Shown here one piece after another: positions 1 through 12,676 of a DNA stretch of 64,000 bases. The notes under the pieces are model-generated. The model searched no databases. It was not told the DNA's origin and was given only the letters and a program-made list of their open reading frames with translations. Made by a program: the position numbers and the translations under genes. This DNA is from Balanoglossus misakiensis (taxonomy: Eukaryota > Animalia > Hemichordata): NCBI GenBank assembly GCA_040954595.2, contig CM082587.2, positions 9,677,403 to 9,741,402 of the forward strand, read 5' to 3'. Position 1 is the stretch's first letter. Each line of letters begins with the position of its first letter.

Positions 1-3000
1 TAAGCTTTCAGCCTACCAATGTAGCTATTGTATTTTCCACTTTTTGTAAGTGAAGTCTGACTGTCGCCTGTCTTAGGTCACCACTTCATAAGCGGTCTTA
101 CCCGTCATTGGCACAAACAGTCTCAGGAAGAAAGCTTTCAGCCTACCAATGTAGCTATTGTATTTTTCACTTTTTGTAAGTGAAGCCTGACTGTCGCCTG
201 TCTCAGGTCACCACTTCATAAGCGGTCTTACCCGTCATTGGCACAAACAGTCTCAGGAAGTAAGCTTTCAGCCTACCAAACAGTCTCTGGAAGTAAGCTT
301 TCAGCCTACCAATGTAGCTATTGTATTTTCCACTTTTTGTAAGTGAAGCCTGACTGTCGCCTGTCTTAGGTCACCACTTCATAAGCGGTCTTACCCGTCA
401 TTGGCACAAACAGTCTCAGGAAGTAAGCTTTCAGCCTACCAATGTAGCTATAGAATTTTCCACTTTTTGTAAGTGAAGCCTGACTGTCGCCTGTCTTAGG
501 TCACCACTTCATAAGCGGTCTTACCCGTCATTGGCACAAACAGTCTCAGGATTTAAGCTTTCAGCCTACCAATGTAGCTATTGTATTTTCCACTTTTTGT
601 AAGTGAAGCCTGACTGTCGCCTGTCTTAGGTCACCACTTCATAAGCGGTCTTACCCGTCATTGGCACAAACAGTCTCAGGAAGTAAGCTTTCAGCCTACC
701 AATGTAGCTATTGTATTTTCCTCTTTTTGTAAGTGAAGGCTGACTGTCGCCTGTCTTAGGTCACCACTTCATAAGCGGTCTTACCCGTCATTGGCACAAA
801 CAGTCTCAGGAAGTAAGCTTTCAGCCTACCAATGTAGCTATTATATTTTCCACTTTTTGTTAGTGAAGCCTGACTGTCGCCTGTCTTAGGTCATCACTTC
901 GTAAGCGGTCTTACATGTCATTGGCACAAACAGTCTCAGGAAGTAAGCTTTCAGCCTACCAATGTAGCTATTGTATTTTCCACTTTTTGTAAGTGAAGCC
1001 TGACTGTCGCCTGTCTTAGGTCACCACTTCATAAGCGGTCTTACCCGTCATTGGCACAAACAGTCTCAGGAAGTAAGTTTTCAGCCTACCAATGTAGCTA
1101 TTATATTTTCCACTTTTTGTAAGTGAAGCCTGACTGTCGCCTTTCTTAGGTCACCACTTCATAAGCGGTCTTACCCGTCATTGGCACAAACAGTCTCAGG
1201 AAGTAAGCTTTCAGCCTACCAATGAAGCTATTGTATTTTCCACTTTTTGTAAGTGAAGCCTGACTGTCGCCTGTCTTAGGTCACCACTTCATAAGCGGTC
1301 TTACCCGTCATTGGCACAAACAGTCTCAGGAAGTAAGCTTTCAGCCTACCAATGTAGCTATTGTATTTTCCACTTTTTGTAAGTGAAGCCTGACTGTCGC
1401 CTGTCTTAGGTCACCACTTCATAAGCGGTCTTACCCGTCATTGGCACAAACAGTCTCAGGAAGTAAGCTTTCAGCCTACCAATGTAGCTATTGTATTTTC
1501 CACTTTTTGTAAGTGAAGCCTGACTGTCGCCTCTCTTAGGTCACCACTTCATAAGCGGTCTTACCCGTCATTGGCACGAACAGTCTCAGGAAGTAAGCTT
1601 TCAGCCTACCAAACAGTTTCTGGAAGTAAGCTTTCAGCCTACCAATGTAGCTATTATATTTTCCACTTTTTGTAAGTGAAGCCTGACTGTCGCCTGTCTT
1701 AGGTCATCACTTCGTAAGCGGTCTTACCTGTCATTGGCACAAACAGTCTCAGGAAGTAAGCTTTCAGCCTACCAATGTAGCTATTGTATTTTCCACTTTT
1801 TGTAAGTGAAGCCTGACTGTCGCCTGTCTTAGGTCACCACTTCATAAGCGGCCTTACCCGTCATTGGCACAAACAGTCTCAGGAAGTAAGCTTTCAGCCT
1901 ACCAATGTAGCTATTGTATTTTCCACTTTTTGTAAGTGAAGCCTGACTGTCGCCTCTCTTAGGTCACCACTTCATAAGCGGTCTTACCCGTCATTGGCAC
2001 GAACAGTCTCAGGAAGTAAGCTTTCAGCCTACCAAACAGTCTCAGGAAGTAAACTTTCAGCCTACCAAACAGTCTCTGGAAGTAAGCTTTCAGCCTACCA
2101 ATGTAGCTATTGTATTTTCCACTTTTTGTAAGTGAAGCCTGACTGTCGCCTGTCTTAGGTCACCACTTCATAAGCGGTCTTACCCGTCATTGGCACAAAC
2201 AGTCTCAGGAAGTAAGCTTTCAGCCTACCAATGTAGCTATAGAATTTTCCACTTTTTGTAAGTGAAGCCTGACTGTCGCCTGTCTTAGGTCACCACTTCA
2301 TAAGCGGTCTTACCCGTCATTGGCACAAACAGTCTCAGGATTTAAGCTTTCAGCCTACCAATGTAGCTATTGTATTTTCCACTTTTTGTAAGTGAAGCCT
2401 GACTGTCGCCTGTCTTAGGTCACCACTTCATAAGCGGTCTTACCCGTCATTGGCACAAACAGTCTCAGGAAGTAAGCTTTCAGCCTACCAATGTAGCTAT
2501 TATATTTTCCACTTTTTGTAAGTGAAGCCTGACTGTCGCCTGTCTTAGGTCATCACTTCGTAAGCGGTCTTACCCGTCATTGGCACAAACAGTCTCAGGA
2601 AGAAAGCTTTCAGCCTACCAATGTAGCTATAGAATTTTCCACTTTTTGTAAGTGAAGCCTGACTGTCGCCTGTCTTAGGTCACCACTTCATAAGCGGTCT
2701 TACCCGTCATTGGCACAAACAGTCTCAGGATTTAAGCTTTCAGCCTACCAATGTAGCTATTGTATTTTCCACTTTTTGTAAGTGAAGCCTGACTGTCGCC
2801 TGTCTTAGGTCACCACTTCATAAGTGGTCTTACCCGTCATTGGCACAAACAGTCTCAGGAAGTAAGCTTTCAGCCTACCAATGTAGCTATTATATTTTCC
2901 ACTTTTTGTAAGTGAAGCCTGACTGTCGCCTGTCTTAGGTCATCACTTCGTAAGCGGTCTTACCTGTCATTGGCACAAACAGTCTCAGGAAGTAAGCTTT

Positions 3001-4367
3001 CAGCCTACCAATGTAGCTATTGTATTTTCCACTTTTTGTAAGTGAAGCCTGACTGTCGCCTGTCTTAGGTCACCACTTCATAAGCGGTCTTACCCGTCAT
3101 TGGCACAAACAGTCTCAGGAAGTAAGCTTTCAGCCTACCAATGTAGCTATTATATTTTCCACTTTTTGTAAGTGAAGCCTGACTGTCGCCTTTCTTAGGT
3201 CACCACTTCATAAGCGGTCTTACCCGTCATTGGCACAAACAGTCTCAGGAAGTAAGCTTCCAGCCTACCAATGAAGCTATTGTATTTTCCACTTTTCGTA
3301 AGTGAAGCCTGACTGTCGCCTGTCTTAGGTCACCACTTCATAAGCGGTCTTACCCGTCATTGGCACAAACAGTCTCAGGAAGTAAGCTTTCAGCCTACCA
3401 ATGTAGCTATTGTATTTTCCACTTTTTGTAAGTGAAGCCTGACTGTCGCCTGTCTTAGGTCACCACTTCATAAGCGGTCTTACCCGTCATTGGCACAAAC
3501 AGTCTCAGGAAGTAAGCTTTCAGCCTACCAATGTAGCTATTGTATTTTCCACTTTTTGTAAGTGAAGCCTGACTGTCGCCTCTCTTAGGTCACCACTTCA
3601 TAAGCGGTCTTACCGTCATTGGCACAAACAGTCTCAGGAAGTAAGCTTTCAGCCTACCAATGTAGCTATTGTATTTTCCACTTTTTGTAAGTGAAGCCTG
3701 ACTGTCGCCTGTGTTAGGTCACCACTTCATAAGCGGTCTAACCCGTCATTGGCACAAACAGTCTCAGGAAGTAAGCTTTCAGCCTACCAATGAAGCTATT
3801 GTATTTTCCACTTTTTGTACGTGAAGCCTGACTGTCGCCTGTCTTAGGTCTTAACTTCATAAGCGGTCTTACCCGTCATTGGCAAAAACAGTCTCAGGAA
3901 GTAAGCTTTCAGCCTACCAATGTAGCTATTATATTTTCCACTTTTTGTAAGTGAAGCCTGACTGTCGCCTGTCTTAGGTCACCACTTCATAAGCGGTCTT
4001 ACCCGTCATTGGCACAAACAGTCTCAGGAAGTAAGCTTTCAGCCTACCAATGTAGCTATTGTATTTTCCACTTTTTGTAAGTGAAGCCTGACTGTCGCCT
4101 GTCTTAGGTCACCACTTCATAAGCGGTCTTACCCGTCATTGGCACAAACAGTCTCAGGAAGTAAGCTTTCAGCCTACCAATGTAGCTATTGTATTTTCCA
4201 CTTTTTGTAAGTGAAGCCTGACTGTCGCCTGTCTTAGGTCACCACTTCATAAGCGGTCTTACCCGTCATTGGCACAAACAGTCTCAGGAAGTAAGCTTTC
4301 AGCCTACCAATGTAGCTATTGTATTTTCCACTTTTTGTAAGTGAAGCCTGACTGTCGCCTGTCTTAG
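1..4367. repeat. 130-bp tandem satellite DNA, left block (~33 monomers; runs off the window start)
   Basis: Monomer AGTAAGCTTTCAGCCTACCAATGTAGCTATTGTATTTTCCACTTTTTGTAAGTGAAGCCTGACTGTCGCCTGTCTTAGGTCACCACTTCATAAGCGGTCTTACCCGTCATTGGCACAAACAGTCTCAGGA repeated head-to-tail, with occasional 33-bp internal duplications (e.g. 278-310, 1611-1643, 2034-2099). Confidence 0.98.
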
Positions 4368-4401
4368 CCCTTACGAAAGTCACCAAGATGTAACAACCTT
4401 G
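4368..4401 (+). repeat. Left TIR of EnSpm/CACTA element
   Basis: Reverse complement of 12643-12676 (33/34 match). Confidence 0.95.
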
Positions 4402-5082
4402 TACAAGCTTGCTGCAATGTTGACACAACTTTGAAATTCTAGCTCGTTGCTTGTATAAAGGTTTTACAAGCTTGGATAGGATTATGGCTTAATTTTACAA
4501 GCTTGGATACAGCTTGTGAACAACCCCATGCAAGCTTGTACATTACACACTTGCTACAACCTTGATTGTTGCACACTTACTGTGAGCCAGAAGTTATTGT
4601 CAGACTCCTTGACTCAGAGCTTAGAACCTCATACTTTGCATTGGTTCATCTAGACCAGGGGGATTCACCCCCCTGGTCCTGTTGACATGTTGGCACCCCC
4701 AGCAATTTGTCAATGGGGGACCAGTGCCCCTTAAAATGAAGTCATTCACATGTTCGAGATATTACAGTCCCCCCCCTAAATATTCTGGCAAAGGGGGGAG
4801 GGGTCCATATCCCCCCTCTTGATAGCTTCCCGAATGAAAAATTGACTTTGAATGAAAATCCCTATTTTAACTCGCTATAATGACCAAAAACAAATCAACA
4901 CAAAGTTATTTATTGTACCTGATTCTTTATTACATAATTCAAGAAGATAAATCTGTTAAACATTACTACACTGTGGTCAACTTAACTCTTAACTTTTATA
5001 TACAAATTTACATGTCCACTTTAACGCTTAACTTTATACAAATTTACAATGTACTGGTGGCATTCATATTTTTACATGACAA

Positions 5083-7870
5083 TCAATCTTTCTCCAGTCG
5101 ATTGGGAAATTTACTGATATAGGCAATGGTGGGATTGCTGTCTATCACCATAAACATACACTTTTCACCTACATCATCTAATTTGATAACAACAGTTTTT
5201 GTTCTACAAAGGTCTACAGTGAATATATGTGAGGCATGATTTATTACATTGGAATGGACTGGTGTCAACTGAGTAATCAGTGCAAAATGTTTGATGCAGT
5301 TTGTACACCCAGTGGAATTGCAGTACATGCACTGACTTGTTAAACAGTACTGGAAAAAAAATTCTACTTGACCAAAGTGTTCCTTCCCATCAGTACTAAT
5401 ATATGTGATAGTGTAGCTGTTGCGCTGTTGTACTCGGATATAGCTTCTGGAGTGTATTACAATAAAATGCTTCAAAAGGCGATTGTATGATTTTACAATA
5501 TCAGCAGTTGGCACATACCCTAGTGCTAAAGACAGTGCCTCAAATTCCTGTTTACTTAATTTTCGCAATTTACCTTTCCCTAATGCAAATATTCCATTCC
5601 CAAGATCTACTATAGTTTTTCAGATATGGGAAAGTTATGGGTCATTTTTGAATACAGTCGTTCAGCTGTACTTCCTGAGACAATACAGTTTGAGGCAATC
5701 TCAGGCAAATTTTGCAGGATTGAAACTGCATTCACAATTTGCCTTTCAATATGTTGCGTACCATGGAAAAGTTTGAGTAACTGGCCATTTTTGTCTTCAA
5801 AATGAAAACAGGATGATGTCCATAATGGACCCAATTCACGCACAACATCTGTCAGATGGACAAGCATGTGAAGATTACATGTCAAATACTGCTCTTTATA
5901 ATAGTCTGAAAACAACATCACAAATTTCAGCAAGCATTCCTCTGCATGGTTAAGAGCTGCAGGTGTATTGAGTCACATAACAAAATGTAAACACCTTCAC
6001 TTAGTAATTGAAAATGCTCGAAGTAATCTGCAGGCAAAATTCCGATGAGGCATGGAACAGAATAAAACAGTAACCGTGACCTCACCTCATTTGCCTTCCA
6101 GTACTTCTTCTGGTCGATACTACGTGGACAACGAGTAATTTCATTTGTTGGCTTAATACTCAAAATTCGTTTGTTGACTTCGCCAATTTTGTCTCCACTG
6201 TAAAAATCTTGTAATTTGTGCTCAGCATTAAACCATAAATTAAGTAACAGTTTTGCAACACCTTGACATACTGCATGCATGTAATCAATGGCCGTTCCTG
6301 CGATTATATCATAATTTGGCGTCCAACATAACCACGATGGCCCCTTAACACCATCCTTTACAATTCCCCTTTCAATGGCATCCTTAGCATCAGACAGCGT
6401 ACCATCCTTAGTTCTAAGTGGTCCTTTTGGGTTGCTTTCTATGAAAGGGAATGCATGGATGTGACCTCTTACGCCTACTTTTACAGTTTTCCCTGGTTGT
6501 TTACATTTGGGACAACCACATTTCCCATTAAACTGTGTAAAATTTTGTACCAAACATTTGGCAGGCATATCAAAGGTTCCCATCAATAGCATTCCTTTAA
6601 CACAGATTTGGACACCAGATTCTGGTAAGTTTAACTCTATTCCTTGTGAATTTAAGGATGTCATTGCCAAATGCAACAGTTTAAAAAATGTAGACATATC
6701 TGGCTTTTGACAACCAAACCAAATACCGGCCAAGATCATGTTATCCTTGTGGGTTCGTTGGTTATATGGGAGTTCGTTAATAACCAAATAAAGTGGCCAG
6801 ATAGAAAATTTCGAAGATTTAAATATTGGGACTCCGTCTGTGTTCAGTGTGAATGAAATGTTATTTGGATTTGCAAGAAATCCATTTGGACGAAAATGTT
6901 TTGCATATTTAGATCCATCATAAATGTCCTCTATATTCAAGTGATTTTTCTTATTACGCCTAAATCGGTAATGTAGACTCTCATAAAATCCAACCCTACT
7001 GAATAATGAAATTATCTGAGTAGCAAGAGGCACCTCAATGAAATATTGTTTACTGGTTGGCCTACTCAAGTCACTGTCACAAATACTGCATCGCCCAATT
7101 CCACCGTTTGACAAATAGCTACAGCATGATGAACAGTAATAATGGAACACCATAGGCGATTTAAGATTTTTAAAGTAGTTAAAAAACATGTTCACTGATC
7201 TCAAAGTTTCGGGCTGCGTCAGACAGTGTGCGCTTATCAAAGACAACAGGTCACAGAAGGCTTCTCCGGTCAAGCTGTACTTCATGACGAAAGTTAGTAT
7301 GAGCAACATGCTCACACTTCTTGTTATTGGGCAATTTTCGTACACTGGCGGATCACGAACTTCCTCAGAATCCATTTGCTCATCGTCAACGTCACCGTTG
7401 TCACCCTGTTCGAGTTCAGCTTCGTTTCCTTCGTCACCATCGGTATCTATATCCAAACTCTCGTCGACAGAGTCAACATACTCCTCCATTTTGTATTCGA
7501 TGAAAGAATCATAATCAAAATCAGCAACGGTCAGTCTGGCTTCATCATCGTCCATGGAAAGTTTAGATTCTGGGTCATCGTAGGTATTTTCACCAACGCT
7601 GCTTTCATAGGCATCGGCAATCACATTTTGAACGGGCATTCCTACCGTCCGTTCATCGCTACGCACCATGTGCACGCTACTGACGCCAGCTTCCGGGTTC
7701 CCCTCATCGAGTTGGGTCACGAACTCCGCATCAAAGTCTTCGTCTCTCTGGTTTTCTCTTGCCGTGTGAATGTTTTCACCGCTGACATCAGAAGTTTTTT
7801 CCCTCCGCCACTTAGTTGTCCTACTTCCGGCGATTTCATGGCCACTCCAATTTGAACCTGCGTCCGACAT
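5083..7870 (-). pseudogene. EnSpm/CACTA Tnp2-like (Transposase_21-type) transposase with two single-base frameshifts
   Basis: ORFs 5927-7954, 5610-5933 and 5083-5568 join if one base is restored near 5966 and one near 5618. Family motifs: NISFTLNTDGVPIFKSSKFSIWP, DMPAKCLVQNFTQFNGKCGCPKC, DYMHAVCQGV, YWKANE, CNLHMLVHL..LGPLWTSSCFHFED. Likely start is ATG at 7870 (MSDAG). Confidence 0.9.
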
Positions 7871-8090
7871 ATTGTGCTTCACGATCGATCTTTTGTTCAC
7901 GTCACTGCACTGGCTGTGTGTACGTGTTATCGCGAGAAATCGCCAGTACGTCACGTGGGCTATGATATGCGCTCTGATTGGACAGTGGTTTAAGGCGCGA
8001 AATTATATCTCTATTGTAAACACAAAACCCACACTCCTCCATTCATCGCAACTGTCATGCCTGTTGAAGTACATTTGTATTCAACTAACA

Positions 8091-10497
8091 ATGGAGCAAA
8101 AATACGCCTTTGCTTTGATTTACTGGATCAATGAAGGAAACTACAGCGTTGAAGAGACCAGCTCAATCGCAACAGCAGAGGGAGAAGCGATTGCAATTGG
8201 AAAGCAATATAACGAAGCATGGAAGGCGAGAGGGAAAATCCGTATTTTTCCTGGCGTTGTAAAGAAATTAGGTAAGTTCAATAGTATTCATTTGTAGTTT
8301 TGGGGTTCATATATATCCAGTTTTTGCTGCTTCAGGTCCAAGAACTCCTCCGCCGCAAACGCACGGACAAAAAAATGTGTTGGTAGTGTTATTATTGTTA
8401 GACATACATGTGCTTGACCGTACAGTACACCTCCGTTATTCTCTGTCAGCACGTCCGATCAGCAATTACATGCTGGTCTGTCAATGCACTGTTTCTGTAT
8501 GCTGTGCGACGCTGATCTGATGATCAGATCAGCCCTTTTATAATGTCAAACAATTGTTATGCAAAATAACCGTCAATATGGCAGAAAATGACATAGTTGA
8601 ATAGCATGAATTATGATCTCACAAATATTCACACTGAATAAGACAGATTTTAACTTCTTTACCAAGTTAGAGTTCTATTTTCCATTACCAGACTGCAGAA
8701 GACAGTATTTTGTGTTGTAATCCTTATTCCTTTAGGAAGATCTGTGTAATGAATTGTAACGAATTTCTTTACAGGTGATAAAAAGGAGATGAAAAATGCT
8801 CTAACGGAATTGGAGAAAACTAGTTCTACTGATACATCTAAAACCGATGTGGAGACAGGGCGAGGACGCCGAAGTGCAAAGCCAAATCCAAGATATGAAA
8901 CATGCGCAGAATCAGAAGAAAATGATGAGCCAGTGAAAAGAAAGCGAACGAAGAAAGCTACCAAAACCCACATAACTCAAGCCAAAGCAAATGATCTTTT
9001 CAGGCAAGTAGAACCAACTACAGCTGTTCCAGGAAAGGTGCAAGGAGAAGGCAGCGAGTCAGTGATGACAGGCATGCAGAGACGACAGATAGCCAAGGAA
9101 CGGGCAGATTCACTGATTGGCTACAACTCTGCAAGTCATAGTCCCAGTGGCTACAACTCTGCAAGTCATAGTCCCAGTGGCTACAACTCTGCAAGTCATA
9201 GTCCCAGTGGCTACAACTCTGCAAGTCATAGTCCCAGTGGCTACAACTCTGCAAGTCATAGTCCCAGTGGCAACAACTCTGCAAGTCATAGTCCCCTTGG
9301 CAACAACTCTGCAAGTCATAGTCCCCATGGCAACAACTCTGCAAGTCATAGTCCCAGTGGAAGCAATACTACAGCAAGTGTCATCAGACGGTCAATAACT
9401 TTATCAAATGACGTTGAGGAGAACAATGATTCTGAACAGACTGACCCGAATGCAATGCCTTCATACATCTATTTTTCTGATTCACCTCCACCTGCCTCTC
9501 ATATCCCATGTCCACAGTTGTCACTACCAAGACGGCACAGTACTTCACCTAATGCCATGTACAATGCAGTTACACCATTCCCTCTCAATACACCCAACTT
9601 TACTCAGCAGACCCCCCCCAATCATTATCCGTCCCACTCCCAATCACGTGCATCACCATCACCTTCATATGCTGTTCCCCAACAACAGCAATCACAAACT
9701 TTGTCCATTTCTCCATCATCTGAACCATACTTGCCATCACCACGCCCTTTATATAATTCAAATGCACGTTCTCAACAACCTTTGCAACCACTGTCTCCAA
9801 ATAACAACTGCAATGAAAGCAGCAGTGACTTTCCAAGAAAAATAAGACTGTATGAGGGATATGATGCATTCTTGACAAAGCGGCAGCTCAATGAAGCAAT
9901 GGAGGCTGCTTCTTGTACTTCCAGGGGCAAAGTACCATCCGTCTTGACACACAAACTACTCGTTACATTTTTTGGAGATCACATACTTTCAAAATCCAAG
10001 GCAACATCATCAACAAGAACGTGGAACAACTCTGGCCATACTGGTTTGGATGGTTAAATTACAGGTGCCATAAAAGGTAGGTGTATTATACATTGTAGTG
10101 CAGTCACCTATCCAAATTAAGTACACTTTCTGGAACAGAAAAAAATGTCATTAATAGAGAGGTAACACTCTATTCAAATCATAACTTTCTGTCTTGAAAA
10201 AATCTGTCTTGATTTAGAAGTGGCTGTGATTGACAGATTTTACATACATATAAAGCTTCCAACATATTTAAATCTTAAAATTTGGGTTCACAGTTGCTGT
10301 TCTGAAAATTTTCAATGTGACATATTTTCCAGTGTATTTAAATAATTATATCCTCTTGTATTTATTTCACAGGATATGTTCGTGAAAGGTTTCCGAGAGC
10401 CATTATTAATTTCAATGACATCATCAACGATGAATGTGGTCAAGCCAGGAGGAGGATTAAAGTAAGAGCCGAAAAAATCATCTGTAACAGAAACTAA
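8091..10497 (+). pseudogene. Spliced accessory gene of the CACTA element, C-terminal BEN-domain-like protein; premature TAA at 10055-10057
   Basis: Exons 8091-8271, 8775-10076 and 10373-10497 with GT-AG, phase-1 compatible junctions. The C-terminus reads LLVTFFGDHIL...GLDG*ITGAIKGYVRERFP...IINDECGQARRR, matching the BEN-domain pattern (LF..e.L / LD....AI / IN.kC..aRR). Long S/P-rich disordered middle. Confidence 0.75.
9118..9360 (+). repeat. 30-bp coding minisatellite (~8 copies, encodes GYNSASHSPS)
   Basis: TGGCTACAACTCTGCAAGTCATAGTCCCAG repeated in frame inside exon 2. Confidence 0.95.
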
Positions 10498-10499
10498 CC

Positions 10500-12132
10500 G
10501 TAATACCAAAAAAGCAACAGAATAACTTTTCTGAGCCATATTTATACAACAGAGAACTGTTTATTTTTGTGAATTTTATTAGATTTTTGTTAGAAACCAT
10601 GATGCCAAAAAGCAAGGAAAAGCAACAAGATAACTTGTTTTCTGAGCCATATTACAACAGGGAACTGCTTATTTTTTGTGAATTTTATTAGATTTTGTTA
10701 GATTTTTGTTAGAGACCATGATACCAAAAAGCAAGGAAAAGCAACAAGATAACTTGTTTTCTAAGCCATATTACAACAGAGAACTGCTTATTTTTGTGAA
10801 TTTTATTAGATTTTTGTTGAAACCATGATACCAAAAAGCAAGGAAAAGCAACAAGATAACTTGTTTTCTGAGCCATATTACAACAGGGACCTGCTTATTT
10901 TTTGTGAATTTTATTAGATTTTGTTAGATTTTTGTTAGAGACCATGATACCAAAAAGCAAGGAAAAGCAACAAGATAACTTGTTTTCTAAGCCATATTAC
11001 AACAGAGAACTGTTTATTTTTGTGAATTTTATTAGATTTTTGTTGAAACCATGATACCAAAAAGCAAGGAAAAGCAACAAGATAACTTGTTTTCTGAGCC
11101 TTATTACAACAGGGAACTGCTTATTTTTGTGAATTTTATTAGATTTTGTTAGATTTTTGTTAGAAACCATGATACCAAAAAGCAAGAAAAGCAACAAGAT
11201 AACTTGTTTTCTGAGCCATATTACAACAGGGAACTGCTTATTTTTTGTGAATTTTATTAGATTTTTGTTAGAGACCATGATACAAAAAAGCAAGGAAAAG
11301 CAACAAGATAACTTGTTTTCTAAGCCATATTACAACAGGGAACTGCTTATTTTTGTGAATTTTATTAGATTTTTGTTAGAAACCATGATACCAAAAAGCA
11401 AGGAAAAGCAACAAGATAACTTGTTTTCTGAGCCATATTACAACAGGGAACTGCTTATTTTTGTGAATTTTATTAGATTTTTGTTAGAAACCATGATACC
11501 AAAAAGCAAGGAAAAGCAACAAGATAACTTGTTTTCTGAGCCATATACAACAGAGAACTGCTTATTTTTGTGAATTTTATTAGATTTTGTTAGATTTTTG
11601 TTAGAAACCATGATACCAAAAAGCAAGGAAAAGCAACAAGATAACTTGTTTTCTGAGCCATATTACAACAGGGAACTGCTTATTTTTTGTGAATTTTATT
11701 AGATTTTTGTTAGAAACCATGATACCAAAAAGCAAGGAAAGGCAACAAGATAACTTGTTTTCTGAGCCATATTACAACAGGGAACTGCTTATTTTTGTGA
11801 ATTTTATTAGATTTTTGTTAGAAACCATGATACCAAAAAGCAAGGAAAAGCAACAAGATAACTTGTTTTCTGAGCCATATTACAACAGGGAACTGCTTAT
11901 TTTTGTGAATTTTATTAGATTTTTGTTAGAAACCATGATACCAAAAAGCAAGGAAAAGCAACAAGATAACGTGTTTTCTGAGCCATATACAACAGAGAAC
12001 TGCTTATTTTTGTGAATTTTATTAGATTTTTGTTAGAAACCATGATACCAAAAAGCAACAAGATAACTTGTTTTCTGAGCCATATTACAACAGGGAACTG
12101 CTTATTTTTGTGAATTTTATTAGATTTTTGTT
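10500..12132. repeat. ~108-bp (some units 118-bp) tandem repeat inside the CACTA element, ~15 copies
   Basis: Unit GAAACCATGATACCAAAAAGCAAGGAAAAGCAACAAGATAACTTGTTTTCTGAGCCATATTACAACAGGGAACTGCTTATTTTTGTGAATTTTATTAGATTTTTGTTA; period 11821 to 11929. Confidence 0.95.
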
Positions 12133-12642
12133 CTTACGTTTTTTTTTACAGCTAATAAATATATTGTTATTTTATTTATTTTAGAAATACATAATTATTG
12201 TCCTTAAATAGAATGTTGGTAGCTGCCTGAGAAGAATGTGATGTAGTGTATGGACTACCAATGCATTACTGGTTGTGTGTGTATATGTGAGGTGGGCTGC
12301 ATGGGTCAGGGGTCAAATGCAATGAAAGGGGGGGGGGGGCAGGGGCTGTATATGTGAAGCGTGGAGGTGTGGCTGCATTGGGTCAGGGGTCAAATGAGAT
12401 GAAGATAACACCCAACCTTGTAGCAAGCTTGCTGCACGGAGAGGACTGTACGATAATACTTCAATCATCCATCCTTGTTCCAAGCTTGCAACAACTTTGA
12501 TTCTTTTATTGATCCAACCTTCATACAAGTATCTTACCGTTTCATGTCAACCTTGTCTAACCGGTATGTAGACAAGGGTGCAGCCAAGGTGGAACTTTAT
12601 CGCTCTACATGCTTGGTGCAAGCATGGAAATAGACCATGTGT

Positions 12643-12676
12643 CAAGGTTGTGACATCTTGGTGACTTTCGTAAGGG
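12643..12676 (-). repeat. Right TIR of EnSpm/CACTA element
   Basis: CAAGGTTGTGACATCTTGGTGACTTTCGTAAGGG followed by the AG TSD. Confidence 0.95.

Larger units (their letters stand above)
4368..12676. mobile_element. EnSpm/CACTA (CMC) DNA transposon inserted in the satellite
   Basis: 34-bp TIRs CCCTTACGAAAGTCACCAAGATGT(A/C)ACAACCTTG with 1 mismatch. 2-bp TSD AG (4366-4367 and 12677-12678) restores the satellite monomer TCTT-AG-GTCACC. Subterminal CAA(G/C)CTTG motifs at both ends. Internal Tnp2-like transposase. Confidence 0.95.

Noticed and set aside
4368-4390. GTCACCA shared between the CACTA TIR and the satellite target site (possible homology-guided targeting)
   Set aside because: Only 7 bp in a single insertion; compatible with chance.
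4234-4428. 64-aa ORF (and 32433-32705) reading into the satellite
   Set aside because: Chance reading frames spanning element/satellite junctions.
9018-9398. Repetitive ORFs in alternative frames (MATTLQVIVPV..., QSCSHWDYDL...)
   Set aside because: Shadows of the 30-bp minisatellite in the BEN gene.
10997-12015. ORFs within the 108-bp tandem repeat
   Set aside because: They arise because the unit length is divisible by 3; frames break at indels and show no domain.
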